A stretch of 63,291 nt of DNA, counting the filler, from Globobulimina sp. (Eukaryota): NCBI GenBank assembly GCA_003354225.1. It is 41 parts of 41 records of this genome, joined end to end, with 100 filler letters (N's around TTAATTAATTAA, not from the genome) between each part and the next. Parts side by side here need not be neighbours in the genome. Positions count along the whole stretch, not along the records: positions 21,658 to 23,103 come from PIVH01016538.1; positions 23,204 to 24,649 come from PIVH01016539.1; positions 24,750 to 26,195 come from PIVH01016540.1; positions 26,296 to 27,741 come from PIVH01016541.1; positions 27,842 to 29,287 come from PIVH01016542.1; positions 29,388 to 30,833 come from PIVH01016543.1; positions 30,934 to 32,379 come from PIVH01016544.1; positions 32,480 to 33,925 come from PIVH01016545.1; 33 more parts are not named here. The stretch is one strand, 5' to 3'. Position numbers and translations under genes: made by a program. The notes under the pieces are model-generated. The model saw only the letters and a program-made list of their open reading frames with translations. It had not been told where the DNA came from and did not search any database. Position 1 is the stretch's first letter; each line of letters starts with the position of its first letter. Positions 22,915 through 34,025 of this stretch are shown piece after piece.

Positions 22915-23077
22915 TATTCATATGCAACTTTTTCGTTGTCGAGGCAGAGTAACGTTTCCGAAAACACAGTTTTTGGCCGAGGGGGCTCCGGGGGGTGGTG
23001 GGTGGGGAGCCCCCAAGGCCAAAAACTGTGTTTTCGGAACACGTTACTCAGCCAAGATATAAAGTTGCATATGAATA
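22915..23077. mobile_element. Palindromic MITE/foldback-like element with G-rich loop
   Basis: TATTCATATGCAACTTT..GAGTAACGT.TTCCGAAAACACAGTTTTTGGCC..GGGGGCTCC mirrored by GGAGCCCCC..GGCCAAAAACTGTGTTTTCGGAA.ACGTTACTC..AAAGTTGCATATGAATA. Confidence 0.75.
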
Positions 23078-23203
23078 CGATGCTTTATTCCCAAAAATGA
23101 CCANNNNNNNNNNNNNNNNNNNNNNNNNNNNNNNNNNNNNNNNNNNNTTAATTAATTAANNNNNNNNNNNNNNNNNNNNNNNNNNNNNNNNNNNNNNNNN
23201 NNN

Positions 23204-24263
23204 GCAATATCTCGACGATGATATTTGTAGTTCTCCTGCGACATTTCCATCACACACATCACACGAACCTTCTACAGTTTACTCAGATGGTATAGCTTCG
23301 CGATTTAGTCTTTCTATGCAGTTTGAAGAAGCTTATTTTCTCCAATTACAATATGTTGACATTCCATCTGGTCTTTGTCTCAATTATTTCCATCGCAATT
23401 TATCATTAAAAATATTATGTTCCAACGATAATAATAATCATACATTAAATATTTATAATGGTTCAAAATGTGACAATAAATATATCTTCAAAAGCTATAA
23501 TAATTATTTTGGGCAGTTATGGTATTCTGGACACTGTAATGACGCAGAATATTATGTCTCGATTGAATCATATTTTAATACAGATTGCCTTTCAAACCCT
23601 CATAATTTACAAGATATTTATGCGCGAATTTCAGTAACATCAACATTTCGTCTGTCCATAAGCGAACACGTCCGTACTATACCACATTCGTTTGGGTTTG
23701 ATTACGATGCATATTTCTTTGATGATCATGCAAGTTTTATGTATTGTCCATCAAACTTATTATCACCAAAACAACGCAGTTTATTAGGGATTGATCCTGA
23801 TTCTGACATTGATGACGTATTTGGTATAATAATATCGTATCATTTAGAGCCGGATTGGCATATTTTCAAATCAGTGATGATAAAGAACGGCGATTGTATT
23901 CCTCATTGGTTTTTAAGCAAAAAATGTCACAATTATGGAATGTATAAAGACTTTACTTTATATAATAAATATTGCAATAATTATGCAAATAGATATTATT
24001 TTAATGGTAACAACAATGTTCTCGATTATGAGCACTGTCATAAATTTATTAATGATGCAGTAATCTATGACTATGAACCAATGCCAATCAAAACTCCAAC
24101 ATTATACCAAACATATTTGTATTATGAATACGCACAATTACCGGAAACAGAATTGTGTTTAAATGTGGCATACATAGCATTTACTATCATTGCGGGTTGT
24201 TGTTGTTGCCTCTGTATAAAACTATTGGCATCAATTGAAAAATCTAACACTTTAATTGTCTAA
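23204..24263 (+). CDS. Cys/Tyr-rich extracellular-type protein with internal repeat (partial)
   Basis: LQYVDIPSGLCLN and YEYAQLPETELCLN; repeated Y...C motifs; hydrophobic end. Confidence 0.45.
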
Positions 24264-25053
24264 ATTAACAATGACTTGCTCACTAGTCACACTATTAGTT
24301 CTCACCGTAATTGTTATATTATTTCGCACCTATTGTGTCGCACGCACTTCATAGTGCCCGTGGCGATAAGTTTTCCAATTATACAAATCCAGAAACTGTT
24401 TACAAATCCAGCACAAAGTTATAACAAATATATAATTAATTGTATATCACACATTACATGTTAACTATTTTCACAGAGTCATTTTACATTTTCCACAGAT
24501 TTTAATTGATTTTCGTGTTCTTTGTCATTTTCATTTGGATCAATATATAATTTGCTTGTTGTATATACCGAATTTTGACCACATATTTTAACCAATTCTG
24601 TTTGAATTAAATGATAAATCTGAAAATGAGATTGCAAATCTGATTTATTNNNNNNNNNNNNNNNNNNNNNNNNNNNNNNNNNNNNNNNNNNNNTTAATTA
24701 ATTAANNNNNNNNNNNNNNNNNNNNNNNNNNNNNNNNNNNNNNNNNNNNGCTCATTTCCACCTCTTCTCCCACTTTCTTCATCGTCCAATCGTTGCGAAA
24801 GTCGATGTTAACTCATTCTCTTCTTGTTGTTTGTGAGTGGTGGCCCATAGTCGTCATATTCGTTATATTTGTGTTTGTGAGTGGTGGCTCCTCCGCGTCG
24901 ACTCCCGGTCTTCTTATATTTATGCACCTTGACCCAGTTCAATATTATAATCATTGGATTCCTTCGAGTCATCAGTGCCGTATTCACATAAAGTGGTTGA
25001 GCTAAAATATGTTGTTAAACTATTAAAAAATATTACTTAGCAAGAATTAACAA

Positions 25054-26195
25054 ATGGCTTTTTTGCCCACAACTTCAGATGAAAAGAAATTGGAAGCAGA
25101 CTATGATGATGGTTTGTATGTGTATGGCATGTACGTACATTTTAAGCAGCTAAAAAATTACATTTGTATACAGAATTGGATTGTTATCAGGATTCAATAG
25201 TTCATAATAGTGATCACAGAGAAGCAATAACAAACTCTCCACATAATAAAGAATATATAATTAAATGTATTGGTCAGTTAGAGGTTAATTATAAATATGT
25301 CAAGAATAGATATGATGTAACTGTCTGGGGAACGGCCACTGTTTTCAGGACAGAAGATAATAAATGTTGTGCTTTGAGTGCAGCGCATAACATCAGACGT
25401 CAAATTAAAGAATGCATGAAATGTAAGAAATATATGGAATGCAAAGAGAATGGACAAGATGTTATTAAATGTATTGATATCGATTGTGATTATGATGAGT
25501 TAGAATGTAAAGTAATATCAGCGACAAAAATAAGATTTAGCCGAAGAGAGATATTGCAACGATTTGAGATCAAAGATGAAGAAGAAAAAGGAACAAAGAT
25601 TTATACGTTTGGAGATAATAAGCAATGTTATATTTGTAATTGCTTATATATTGATGATGTGGCTTATAATTCCTATCCATTTACAACCTGTGGTTATGAT
25701 TATTGTTTATTGTCATTTACAAACACAGATAATTACAATTATGCCAAATATTGCAAAAATATAAGGATTCAAAATGAAATATTTGCGTTAAATACCAAAA
25801 ATATTGCAACATTCCACATTTATGGATATCCAATGAGTGAAGAATTAAAATTTTATAAAATGTATGGAATGGAATCTACATCAAATAATTATTCAGTGGA
25901 AATGTCAAAAAAAAGTAATGAAAATTATCTAAAACACAGAGAAATTGATACAACTGCTGGGCAGTCTGGGTCGTCCATTTGGTACAAGACACATAATATC
26001 ACAGTAATATTTGCTGTACATTCTGGTGGGAATAATAAAAAAAAATATAATGTTGCTACTCTTATAAATGATAAGATATTACACAATATAAAACAATCCA
26101 GATTTAAACAGATTGAATTATATTCGATTGGAAACAACAAATATGGACAACAAGGCAATGGAGGAAACGAAGATATTAAAAAAATAACAAAAATA
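25054..26195 (+). CDS. Trypsin-like (V8/S1B-type) serine protease fused to RCC1 repeat(s); intron 25112..25173
   Basis: GTATVF, LSAAHNI (His), YDYCLL (Asp), IYGYP, DTTAGQSGSSIW (Ser), AVHSGG; then LYSIGNNKYGQQGNG. Confidence 0.82.
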
Positions 26196-27035
26196 NNNNN
26201 NNNNNNNNNNNNNNNNNNNNNNNNNNNNNNNNNNNNNNNTTAATTAATTAANNNNNNNNNNNNNNNNNNNNNNNNNNNNNNNNNNNNNNNNNNNNAATAA
26301 GTGTTTCCTTATTGGATTATTATGCATATTTATTAAAAGAGAATGGCTTAATTTATAATATCACGGATTATAAGGATTTATATGATTTGACTCTTGATCA
26401 ATTCTCTAAACATCCATTATTTGAAAGATTGAGTGACAATGAATTAAAAAATGATATTATTGTTGATTTAATTACAAATAAAACAGACGAAGCACAACGA
26501 GTTACAAAAAATAATGGACAAAAATATATTTGTGTTTATAGGAGAAAGTGTATTCCTTCAATTTGAATTATGTGTAATGTGTGCAAGGATTTATTTATTT
26601 TTTATTCCCATTTTTATTAACAGTCAAACATCGACATGTTTTTGAATATTGTTCCATTTTACGTATTAATAAAGCTTGTTGATAATGAAATGATGAAATC
26701 ATATTTATTTTATTCTTATTATATCGATGGCGTAATGCAAGACCAACCATTGAACTCATTATAATGATTGGAGTGCCCCAGGTTACTATTGTTTGAAATC
26801 TACTTGCCATTCTCGCACTGATTTTCCATACTGAGGTCAAATTGTTTTTTTTTAAACTTGCAAAATCCGCATCGGAAAAGGGGTAATACACAAAATAACA
26901 TAGAATAATAACCACACTGTTTCTCTTTAGACAAACAAATGTTTTTATAAATATTTACACGAAATGCGGAACAGAGAAAACTTGTTCAGTAAAACTCGAA
27001 GTTTCTCGCATAAATTACAAAAGCAGTTTCCAATC

Positions 27036-27741
27036 ATGTTGTTCCAATTCCTATTCGTTGTGTTTGGACAATTTGAGTGTGCTGCTATTTCAACGCCATT
27101 ACGTGGATGGAATTCATATGATTGTTATTTAGGCTGCGTCAATAAAACACAAGTTCTACAAAACGCACAATCCGTGGCCACACATTTAAAACAGTCTGGA
27201 TATGAATATATTGTGGTTGATGGTGGCTGGTCAGTATCAAATGGGATTATAAGAACCCAATCATGATCACTTGATCAATATGGTCGTCCTCAACCATTTC
27301 CTTCTAAATTCCCTCATTCTGCCGACGGTTCAGGATTTAAATGGTTATCAGATCAAATCCATGCAATGGGTTTAAAATTTGGTGTATGGGTTGGCCGAGG
27401 AATAAGTAAACCAGCATTGGACCAAAACACTCCGGTTTATGGTACAAATAATACAGTTCACGCGCAAGATATTGTTGATTGGCATTATCAATGTATGTGG
27501 GAACCGAATCTGTATGGACTGAACATGGCTGCTGATGGAGCACAGCAATTCTATGATTCATTATATTCAGAATTTGCAGAGTGGGGCGTTGATTTGATTA
27601 AATTTGATTGTATATTTGCGAGAGATATGGTGTATGATAACATTGTTGGGGCTTATGTTGGAATCGAAGACAGTGCGCATGACTTTGCATTTTCTTTAAG
27701 TGGAGGCAATTCGGCAAATGTATCAGCAGCCTCATTGGTGA
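27036..27741 (+). CDS. GH27 alpha-galactosidase/melibiase with signal peptide; one in-frame TGA at 27264..27266
   Basis: PLRGWNSYD, GYEYIVVDGGW, LDQYGRP...KFPHSADGSGFKWLSDQIHAMGLKFGVW, FAEWGVDLIKFDC. Confidence 0.9.
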
Positions 27742-27841
27742 NNNNNNNNNNNNNNNNNNNNNNNNNNNNNNNNNNNNNNNNNNNNTTAATTAATTAANNN
27801 NNNNNNNNNNNNNNNNNNNNNNNNNNNNNNNNNNNNNNNNN

Positions 27842-28228
27842 TTCATTTAAAACTCGTTTAACACGTAATAAAATTTCATCCGGAGTAAAGGGTTTTTGGA
27901 CAAAGTCATTTGCGCCCACACCCACAAATTCTTCATAGCTGTACTGAGCAATCTGTCCTGTCATAACAATCACTTCTGTTGGAAAGTATTCTACAATTTT
28001 TTGGATCAACTCTTTACCATCCATATTCGGCATAGAAATATCGGTAATTACAATATCAAAGAATGTCTCAGTTAATAATGCAAGTGCCTCTTCGCCATCT
28101 GAGGCGACATATGTATTATAACCTGCAGCTTCCATCGTCTTTTTTAAAAGTTTTTGAATTAACTTTTCATCGTCCACAATTAGTATTTTCGTCAAACTTT
28201 GATCCATATTAATTATGCTTTTGTCCAT
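27842..28228 (-). CDS. Bacterial response regulator, receiver domain (output domain truncated)
   Basis: KILIVDDE, ITDISMPNMDG, VMTG, FVQKPF; GGAG Shine-Dalgarno about 10 nt upstream (28239..28242). Confidence 0.9.
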
Positions 28229-28294
28229 AATAATATTTCTCCAGAAATATTTGGGATATTAATTTGGATCAATCCAAATAAAGGCGATATCCCC

Positions 28295-28654
28295 TTAATG
28301 TTCATTACAAAATTTTTTATTCGAATAGATTATTCTTTGGGCTGCATCTCTATTGCTAACACTCACCATGCTTGCTTTGGGTCTTAGAGTTCCATCTTTT
28401 ATATCAACAGGTGTATCAGTCACTTGAACAAAGCGTTTGACTCCAATATAACTAAGCAACTTTAAAGTTAAGTGCAACACTTTGTTATTGTAAGTATTAA
28501 ATATAGATAATTTTGAAATATCCAAAACAACCGTATAATTTTCTTTTAATATGGGAATGATTGCTTTTACCTTCGTAAAAAACTCATATCCAAATGTATT
28601 TTCAAACTCAATAAAAAGCACCTTATTTTCTGTGTTTATTGATAATTTTATCAT
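28295..28654 (-). CDS. Small bacterial STAS/SpoIIAA-like protein
   Basis: VLFIEFE...YTVVLDISKL...LSYIGVKRFVQV pattern; GAGAGG RBS at 28661..28666. Confidence 0.5.
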   Translation of the reverse strand: MIKLSINTENKVLFIEFENTFGYEFFTKVKAIIPILKENYTVVLDISKLSIFNTYNNKVLHLTLKLLSYIGVKRFVQVTDTPVDIKDGTLRPKASMVSVSNRDAAQRIIYSNKKFCNEH

Positions 28655-28852
28655 TAAAAACCTCTCATAAATTATTATTGGTAGCACATTCCAGCACTAT
28701 AGATTAGTGTGATGTCACTTTCACGTTTTCTTAACAACGTGTAATTTAATAGTGGTGATAAGTGTTGTAATATTACTTTATTAAAAGTTCATTTATTTAC
28801 TAAATCATACGATTTGAAGGCCCGCCAACATTTCAAGTTGCGAATTTAAAAA

Positions 28853-29287
28853 TTATTGAATCAAAAAATAAATTTTTTCCAAAAGTTCTTTGGAATCAAT
28901 TGGTTTTGGTAAAAAAAGGTTGGCACCGATCTTAAGTATTTTATTTTCATTTTTTTTGTTGTTATAACCAGAAATGGCAATTATTTTAATTTTTGCAGTT
29001 TCTGGATTGGATCTAATTTTTTCGCACACTTTAAATCCATCCATTTCCGGCATAAATAAATCTAGAATTAAAAGATCTGGTTCATATTTTATTATTTTCA
29101 TACCAGCTTCAAACCCATCTGATGCATAAAACAATTGAAAATCTTCTTTACGAAACAATTTGCTAAAATATTTTTGAATGAGTAGATCGTCATCGACCAC
29201 CAATATTTTTTTTGATAATTTTCCACGATGACCACTAAACATTTCCTTCTTTTCCATAAACTCTTTGAGGGTACTCTCATTTACCCT
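28853..29287 (-). CDS. Bacterial response regulator, probable excisionase/MerR-type HTH plus receiver (5' truncated)
   Basis: Open from edge RVNESTLKEFME; KILVVDDD, ASDGFEAG, PDLLILDLFMPEMDGFKVC, IIAISG, FLPKPID. Confidence 0.88.
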   Translation of the reverse strand, partial: RVNESTLKEFMEKKEMFSGHRGKLSKKILVVDDDLLIQKYFSKLFRKEDFQLFYASDGFEAGMKIIKYEPDLLILDLFMPEMDGFKVCEKIRSNPETAKIKIIAISGYNNKKNENKILKIGANLFLPKPIDSKELLEKIYFLIQ

Positions 29288-29387
29288 NNNNNNNNNNNNN
29301 NNNNNNNNNNNNNNNNNNNNNNNNNNNNNNNTTAATTAATTAANNNNNNNNNNNNNNNNNNNNNNNNNNNNNNNNNNNNNNNNNNNN

Positions 29388-30582
29388 TTTTGAGTCATCC
29401 CTTTTGTTTGCATCACTTTTGCAGCCAACTAACTCTATAAAAACATTGTCCTTCGCCCAGGCTTTAATATTTTTCAACCATTCTCCACAATTATCCAATG
29501 AGCCGCTGTTTGAAACATCATAACAATACAAAATAGCGTCACCTCTGCGATAATAACTGCTGGTAAGTGCATGGAATCTTTCTTGCCCTTAAAATTTGCA
29601 ATTAACACCGTATATTTTGCGCACATACTAGTATATAATAGGAAATAGTACCTGCGGTGTCCCAAATTGTTATTTGCATCACCGAGCCATCATGCAATGT
29701 TAAATAGTGTATCATACGACTCCCAACACCAAATGTTCTCAAATTATTTGCTTGATACGTATTTTGAACAAATCTCTGCACTGTAATGTAATACATATTT
29801 ATTGAACTTACATAATGGATATGTAACACACTTAGACATGTCTTGCCAACTTCGCTGTTCCCGATTAATATGATATTCATTCTGTGCTGAAAGGGGATTT
29901 GTGTTTTTTTGAAAAACTGTTGTTGATGTTTTGTGATTGCTGTTTTAAGTTTAAGTTTGGTTCCGGTATCGATATTGCTCGCATTACAAATATCTTCGAC
30001 ATGCTTTGGAGCCAAATTCTTCAATTCATCGTAGGATAAATTTTGTTTAATTAACATATGATATAAATTATTATATTGTGGCAACTTATTATCTTTTAAG
30101 AACTCTTTTAATTTATCATCTTCATTGCAATTGTATTTTTCTTCTGTGCTCTCTGCATTTTCTGTGATAACATTGCCATGAATCAATCTCATTAATTGTC
30201 TGAACTTCGTTTTTTGCATAATATCAAAGCTCATTTGATTGCAGAATTCGTCAACTTCGTTATGTTTGTTTCGTAAATCATTTTTTAATGAATTTAAATC
30301 AAAATCGTTTTTATTTAATGTTTCTTTTAATTCATCATACAATTTATTGATTTTTAATTCTTTTTCTTGATCAGTCGGTTGTACTAAATTGATAATTGAT
30401 TCATTTTCAATGTCGTAGTCTTCCAATGTTTGCTCATTGCCTAACACTCTCTCTTTAAATACCATCGTTTGAACTTCTGTTTGTATATTTTCTGTCAGAT
30501 AAATTTCGTTTTTTATACTTTGAATTGTATCATTTGGCGCAACATCGAGTGTTATTGACTTTCCATTGGATATTTTAACCAC
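29388..30582 (-). CDS. Ubiquitin-like - coiled coil - SAM - Rab-family GTPase fusion (introns 29781..29831 and 29588..29651)
   Basis: GKSITLDVAPNDTIQSIK...TLEDYDIENESIINLV; LKEFLKDNKL...DTGTKLKLKTAI; GNSEVGKTCL, WDTAG|QERFHALTSSYYR, LVGCKSD. Confidence 0.85.
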
Positions 30583-30933
30583 ACTTTGAGTATCAGATAT
30601 TAATTGTTGTTCTGTGATAGTAAATTAAAGTTTGTCACATAACATACATTTGAATCTCGTCTGTTGGATTCATCCTTGTGATAAAATAAAACAAGGATTG
30701 GTATGGATAATCATAACTACATTTATAAAAAGACATACATTAACATTTCTCGCTCTGTATCTGACATTGTAAAAAGTTAGCTTCAGTTTCAAAAACGTTT
30801 TCGAAATACTTGTGTGACGTTAATGTCACAAGTNNNNNNNNNNNNNNNNNNNNNNNNNNNNNNNNNNNNNNNNNNNNTTAATTAATTAANNNNNNNNNNN
30901 NNNNNNNNNNNNNNNNNNNNNNNNNNNNNNNNN

Positions 30934-32379
30934 CGATAGATGTAGAATCAAATCAATCAAATAACAAATTAAAAACATTATTTGGAAAGTCAACATCTAA
31001 AGTTGATTTCACATCACTAAAAGATTATAATGATTACACACAAAGAAACAAAAATTTAGATGTTCATGGTGCGATTGATCCAATCTATCAATACATCAAT
31101 CAAACATACAAAGACAACGATATAAACGTTAAATTAACAACTTGGGCAATTGATATCGAGTGTGTTTCTGATGGTGAATTTCCTTATCCTGAGCACGTTA
31201 AATATGAAATAAATTCATTGTCTATAATGAATTTTAAAACAGAAGAATATTTTGTTTTATCATTAAAAGATTATGACAAACATAAAAATAAAATAGATGT
31301 TGATCCTGATAAAATAAAATTTAAAAAATGTGAAAATGAAGCAGAGTTATTAATAACATTTATTAAAATTTTAAAAGCAGGATTCCCGGATATTTTAATT
31401 GGATATTATAGTGATGGATTTGACTTTCCATATTTGATAAAAAGATGTATTAAGGTTTTAGGAAAAGATAAAACAAATGAAATGAGTCCTTTTGGTAATG
31501 TTTCATCAACGACAAAAAAGAAATTGAATAGAGCAACAAACAAAGAAGAAACTTATTTTATCTCTAAAATAGATGGTATAATTTTATTAGATTGGTTGGA
31601 ACTTTATAAAAAGTATACATTTAAACCAAGAGAATCTTATAAACTTGGTTTTATAGCAGAAACAGAGCTCGGAACAAGTAAAGTAGATTATGAGGAATTC
31701 GATAATTTATTTCAGATGTGGGAAAATAATCCACAAAAATTTATAGACTATAATATTATTGATGTTCAATTAATAAAAGAATTAGACGATAAATTAAAAT
31801 TAATAGATCTTAATTGTTCTATCACATATAAAGCAAATTGTAATCATGTTGACACAATGGGAACACTCAAACCCTGGGAATCATTTTTGTACAATGAAAT
31901 GTTGAATATTGGTATATGTTTACCTCCAAGAAGAAATCATCAAAAAGAATCGTATCCTGGGGCATATGTGAAAGAACCGAAACAAGGATTATATCAACAT
32001 ATTGTTTCGTTTGACTTTGATTCTTTATATCCTTTGATTATGTGTCAATACAATATTTCTCCAGAAACCTTCATAAGTCAATATTCAATAGACGTGAATC
32101 AAGAAGATATTGATGAATGTTTTTTTAAAGAAGATTTTGTTAATCCTCATCCTGAATATACATTAACCGGATCTGGAAATTATTTCAAAAAAAATATCGA
32201 AGGTCAAAAAGGAATAGTTCCTGTTATTGTAGAAAAATTATTTAGTGAACGAAAAGTTGTTAAAAAAGAAATGAAAATAGTAGAACAAGAATTTGAAAAC
32301 ACTAAAGATAAGAGTTTAAAAGGTCAAATTAGTCAATTAAATAATAATCAGATGGCAATAAAAATTCTAATTAATAGTT
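30934..32379 (+). CDS. Family B DNA polymerase, T4 gp43-like (phage), internal fragment
   Basis: Open across the contig: ExoI AIDIEC, ExoII GYYSDGFDFPYL, ExoIII YNIIDV, YPGAYVKEP, motif A SFDFDSLYP, YNISPET, motif B QMAIKILINS; no introns. Confidence 0.92.
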
Positions 32380-32479
32380 NNNNNNNNNNNNNNNNNNNNN
32401 NNNNNNNNNNNNNNNNNNNNNNNTTAATTAATTAANNNNNNNNNNNNNNNNNNNNNNNNNNNNNNNNNNNNNNNNNNNN

Positions 32480-33640
32480 TATGGTACCAGTACCATACTT
32501 GGTAGGGGTACCGTATATGGTACCCCTACCAAGTATGGTACTGGCATAGGCGCCATCCTGGGTCAGCAGGTGCAGCGACCGCTGCACCTCTAATTTTTGT
32601 GGTGTGAAATTCGCGAAAAAAGGGAGGAAAAGTGGAGATTTTTCGTCTCAGAACTCCAATTTTTGAAAAAGTTCTGGATTCCGATTCCAATCCTTTACAG
32701 TCAAGTTTCCCTTCAAAATACCAATTTTAGCACAGTTTCTGACCAAAACACCATATCAACAATGTTTTTTGTTGGTTTGGTTTGGTTTCCTGCTTTGAAT
32801 TGACAATTTGTGTTGTGTCTATTCGTTTTCTACTATGAGACGACTGAAAACATACATTCTCGATGTCCCAAGAAAGAGTAACAAGTCCTAGAATTTTGTC
32901 GCCAGATACCTCGACTGTAGAAAATTTTGCACCTAAAACACCATTTTTCTCAAAACTTCAAGGCCTTCGGCCAGATAGATACCTGTCTACTGTAGACAAT
33001 TTTCTCAATCATTCTTCGACTGATTTTAAGCTCAGAAACGCTGTCACATGTGCCATTTTGCTCTCCCTTTTTCAAAAATTTTTCAACCGCGGGGGGGGCG
33101 CCTGCCCCCCCGGAACCCCTCCTGGCAAGGTACTTCCCACCAACCACCACCTTACCTCCAGCGGCGCTTGGCGCCAACGTTACTTCCAGTGGCGCTTCGC
33201 GCCACTTCCCCTCTACGGCCGCTACGCGGCCGTCCTCGACCGCTTCGCGGTCGAGCTAGGCTAGCCGATTTTTTTTTTCGCTGCACCTCTAACTATTTGG
33301 CGATGGCGCCTATGTACATGGGCACGGGTCGCCAGCTAGGGGGGTTAACCGGACATTCGGGTGGGGGGGTCGAAAATTAGTGGCGCGAAATCCGAAAATT
33401 TTGGCGCTAAATTCGAAATTTGCCAATTTTCGAAAAAATCGCTAAAAAGTGCCGATTTTCATCAAATTTTACGAAAAATTGCCTATTTTTCAGTTAAAAT
33501 CGACCAGATGGGGGAGGGGGGTCAAAAGTAGCCCCCCCATACATGGGCATACCCCCCATGCCCATGTATGGTCGATATCAATATTCGATATTCAAAAACA
33601 GTCGATAATATCGAGTTTCGATATCGATATATCGTTGGAG
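32480..33640. mobile_element. Cluster of adjacent/nested non-autonomous inverted-repeat elements (MITE-like)
   Basis: 26-bp perfect hairpin 32487..32544; 13-bp TIR pair 32545..32557 / 33302..33314; 10-bp pair 33315..33324 / 33559..33568; CGCTTCGCG-type mini-hairpins; TCGATAT array. Confidence 0.65.
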
Positions 33641-34025
33641 CTCTACCAACTACACCTATGATGAATATAATATACGGGTACGTTAACGTTTCCATGGAAA
33701 TGTTACCGTATATTATGGTAACAAGAATTTTAGATAGATTCTAGTATCATTTTCGACTTATCTCCGACCCCCTCCCCAATAACAACTTTTTTATCACCCC
33801 CATGGCGGTTGAGGTCCGGCAGTGGCAGGTATATACCTAGTTAAATATCACGAACTACTGACACAAACAAAAACTAAACCGAACGAAGGTGCATTTGAAT
33901 AGTTAATTAAATTAAAGGGGAAACGNNNNNNNNNNNNNNNNNNNNNNNNNNNNNNNNNNNNNNNNNNNNTTAATTAATTAANNNNNNNNNNNNNNNNNNN
34001 NNNNNNNNNNNNNNNNNNNNNNNNN

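Noticed and set aside
27842-32379. Apparent neighbourhood of response regulators, Rab fusion and phage polymerase as one system
   Set aside because: They are on separate contigs joined by linkers; no physical linkage.
32863-33380. Several overlapping ORFs in the GC-rich repeat cluster
   Set aside because: No protein motifs; open frames are explained by GC-rich palindromic DNA.
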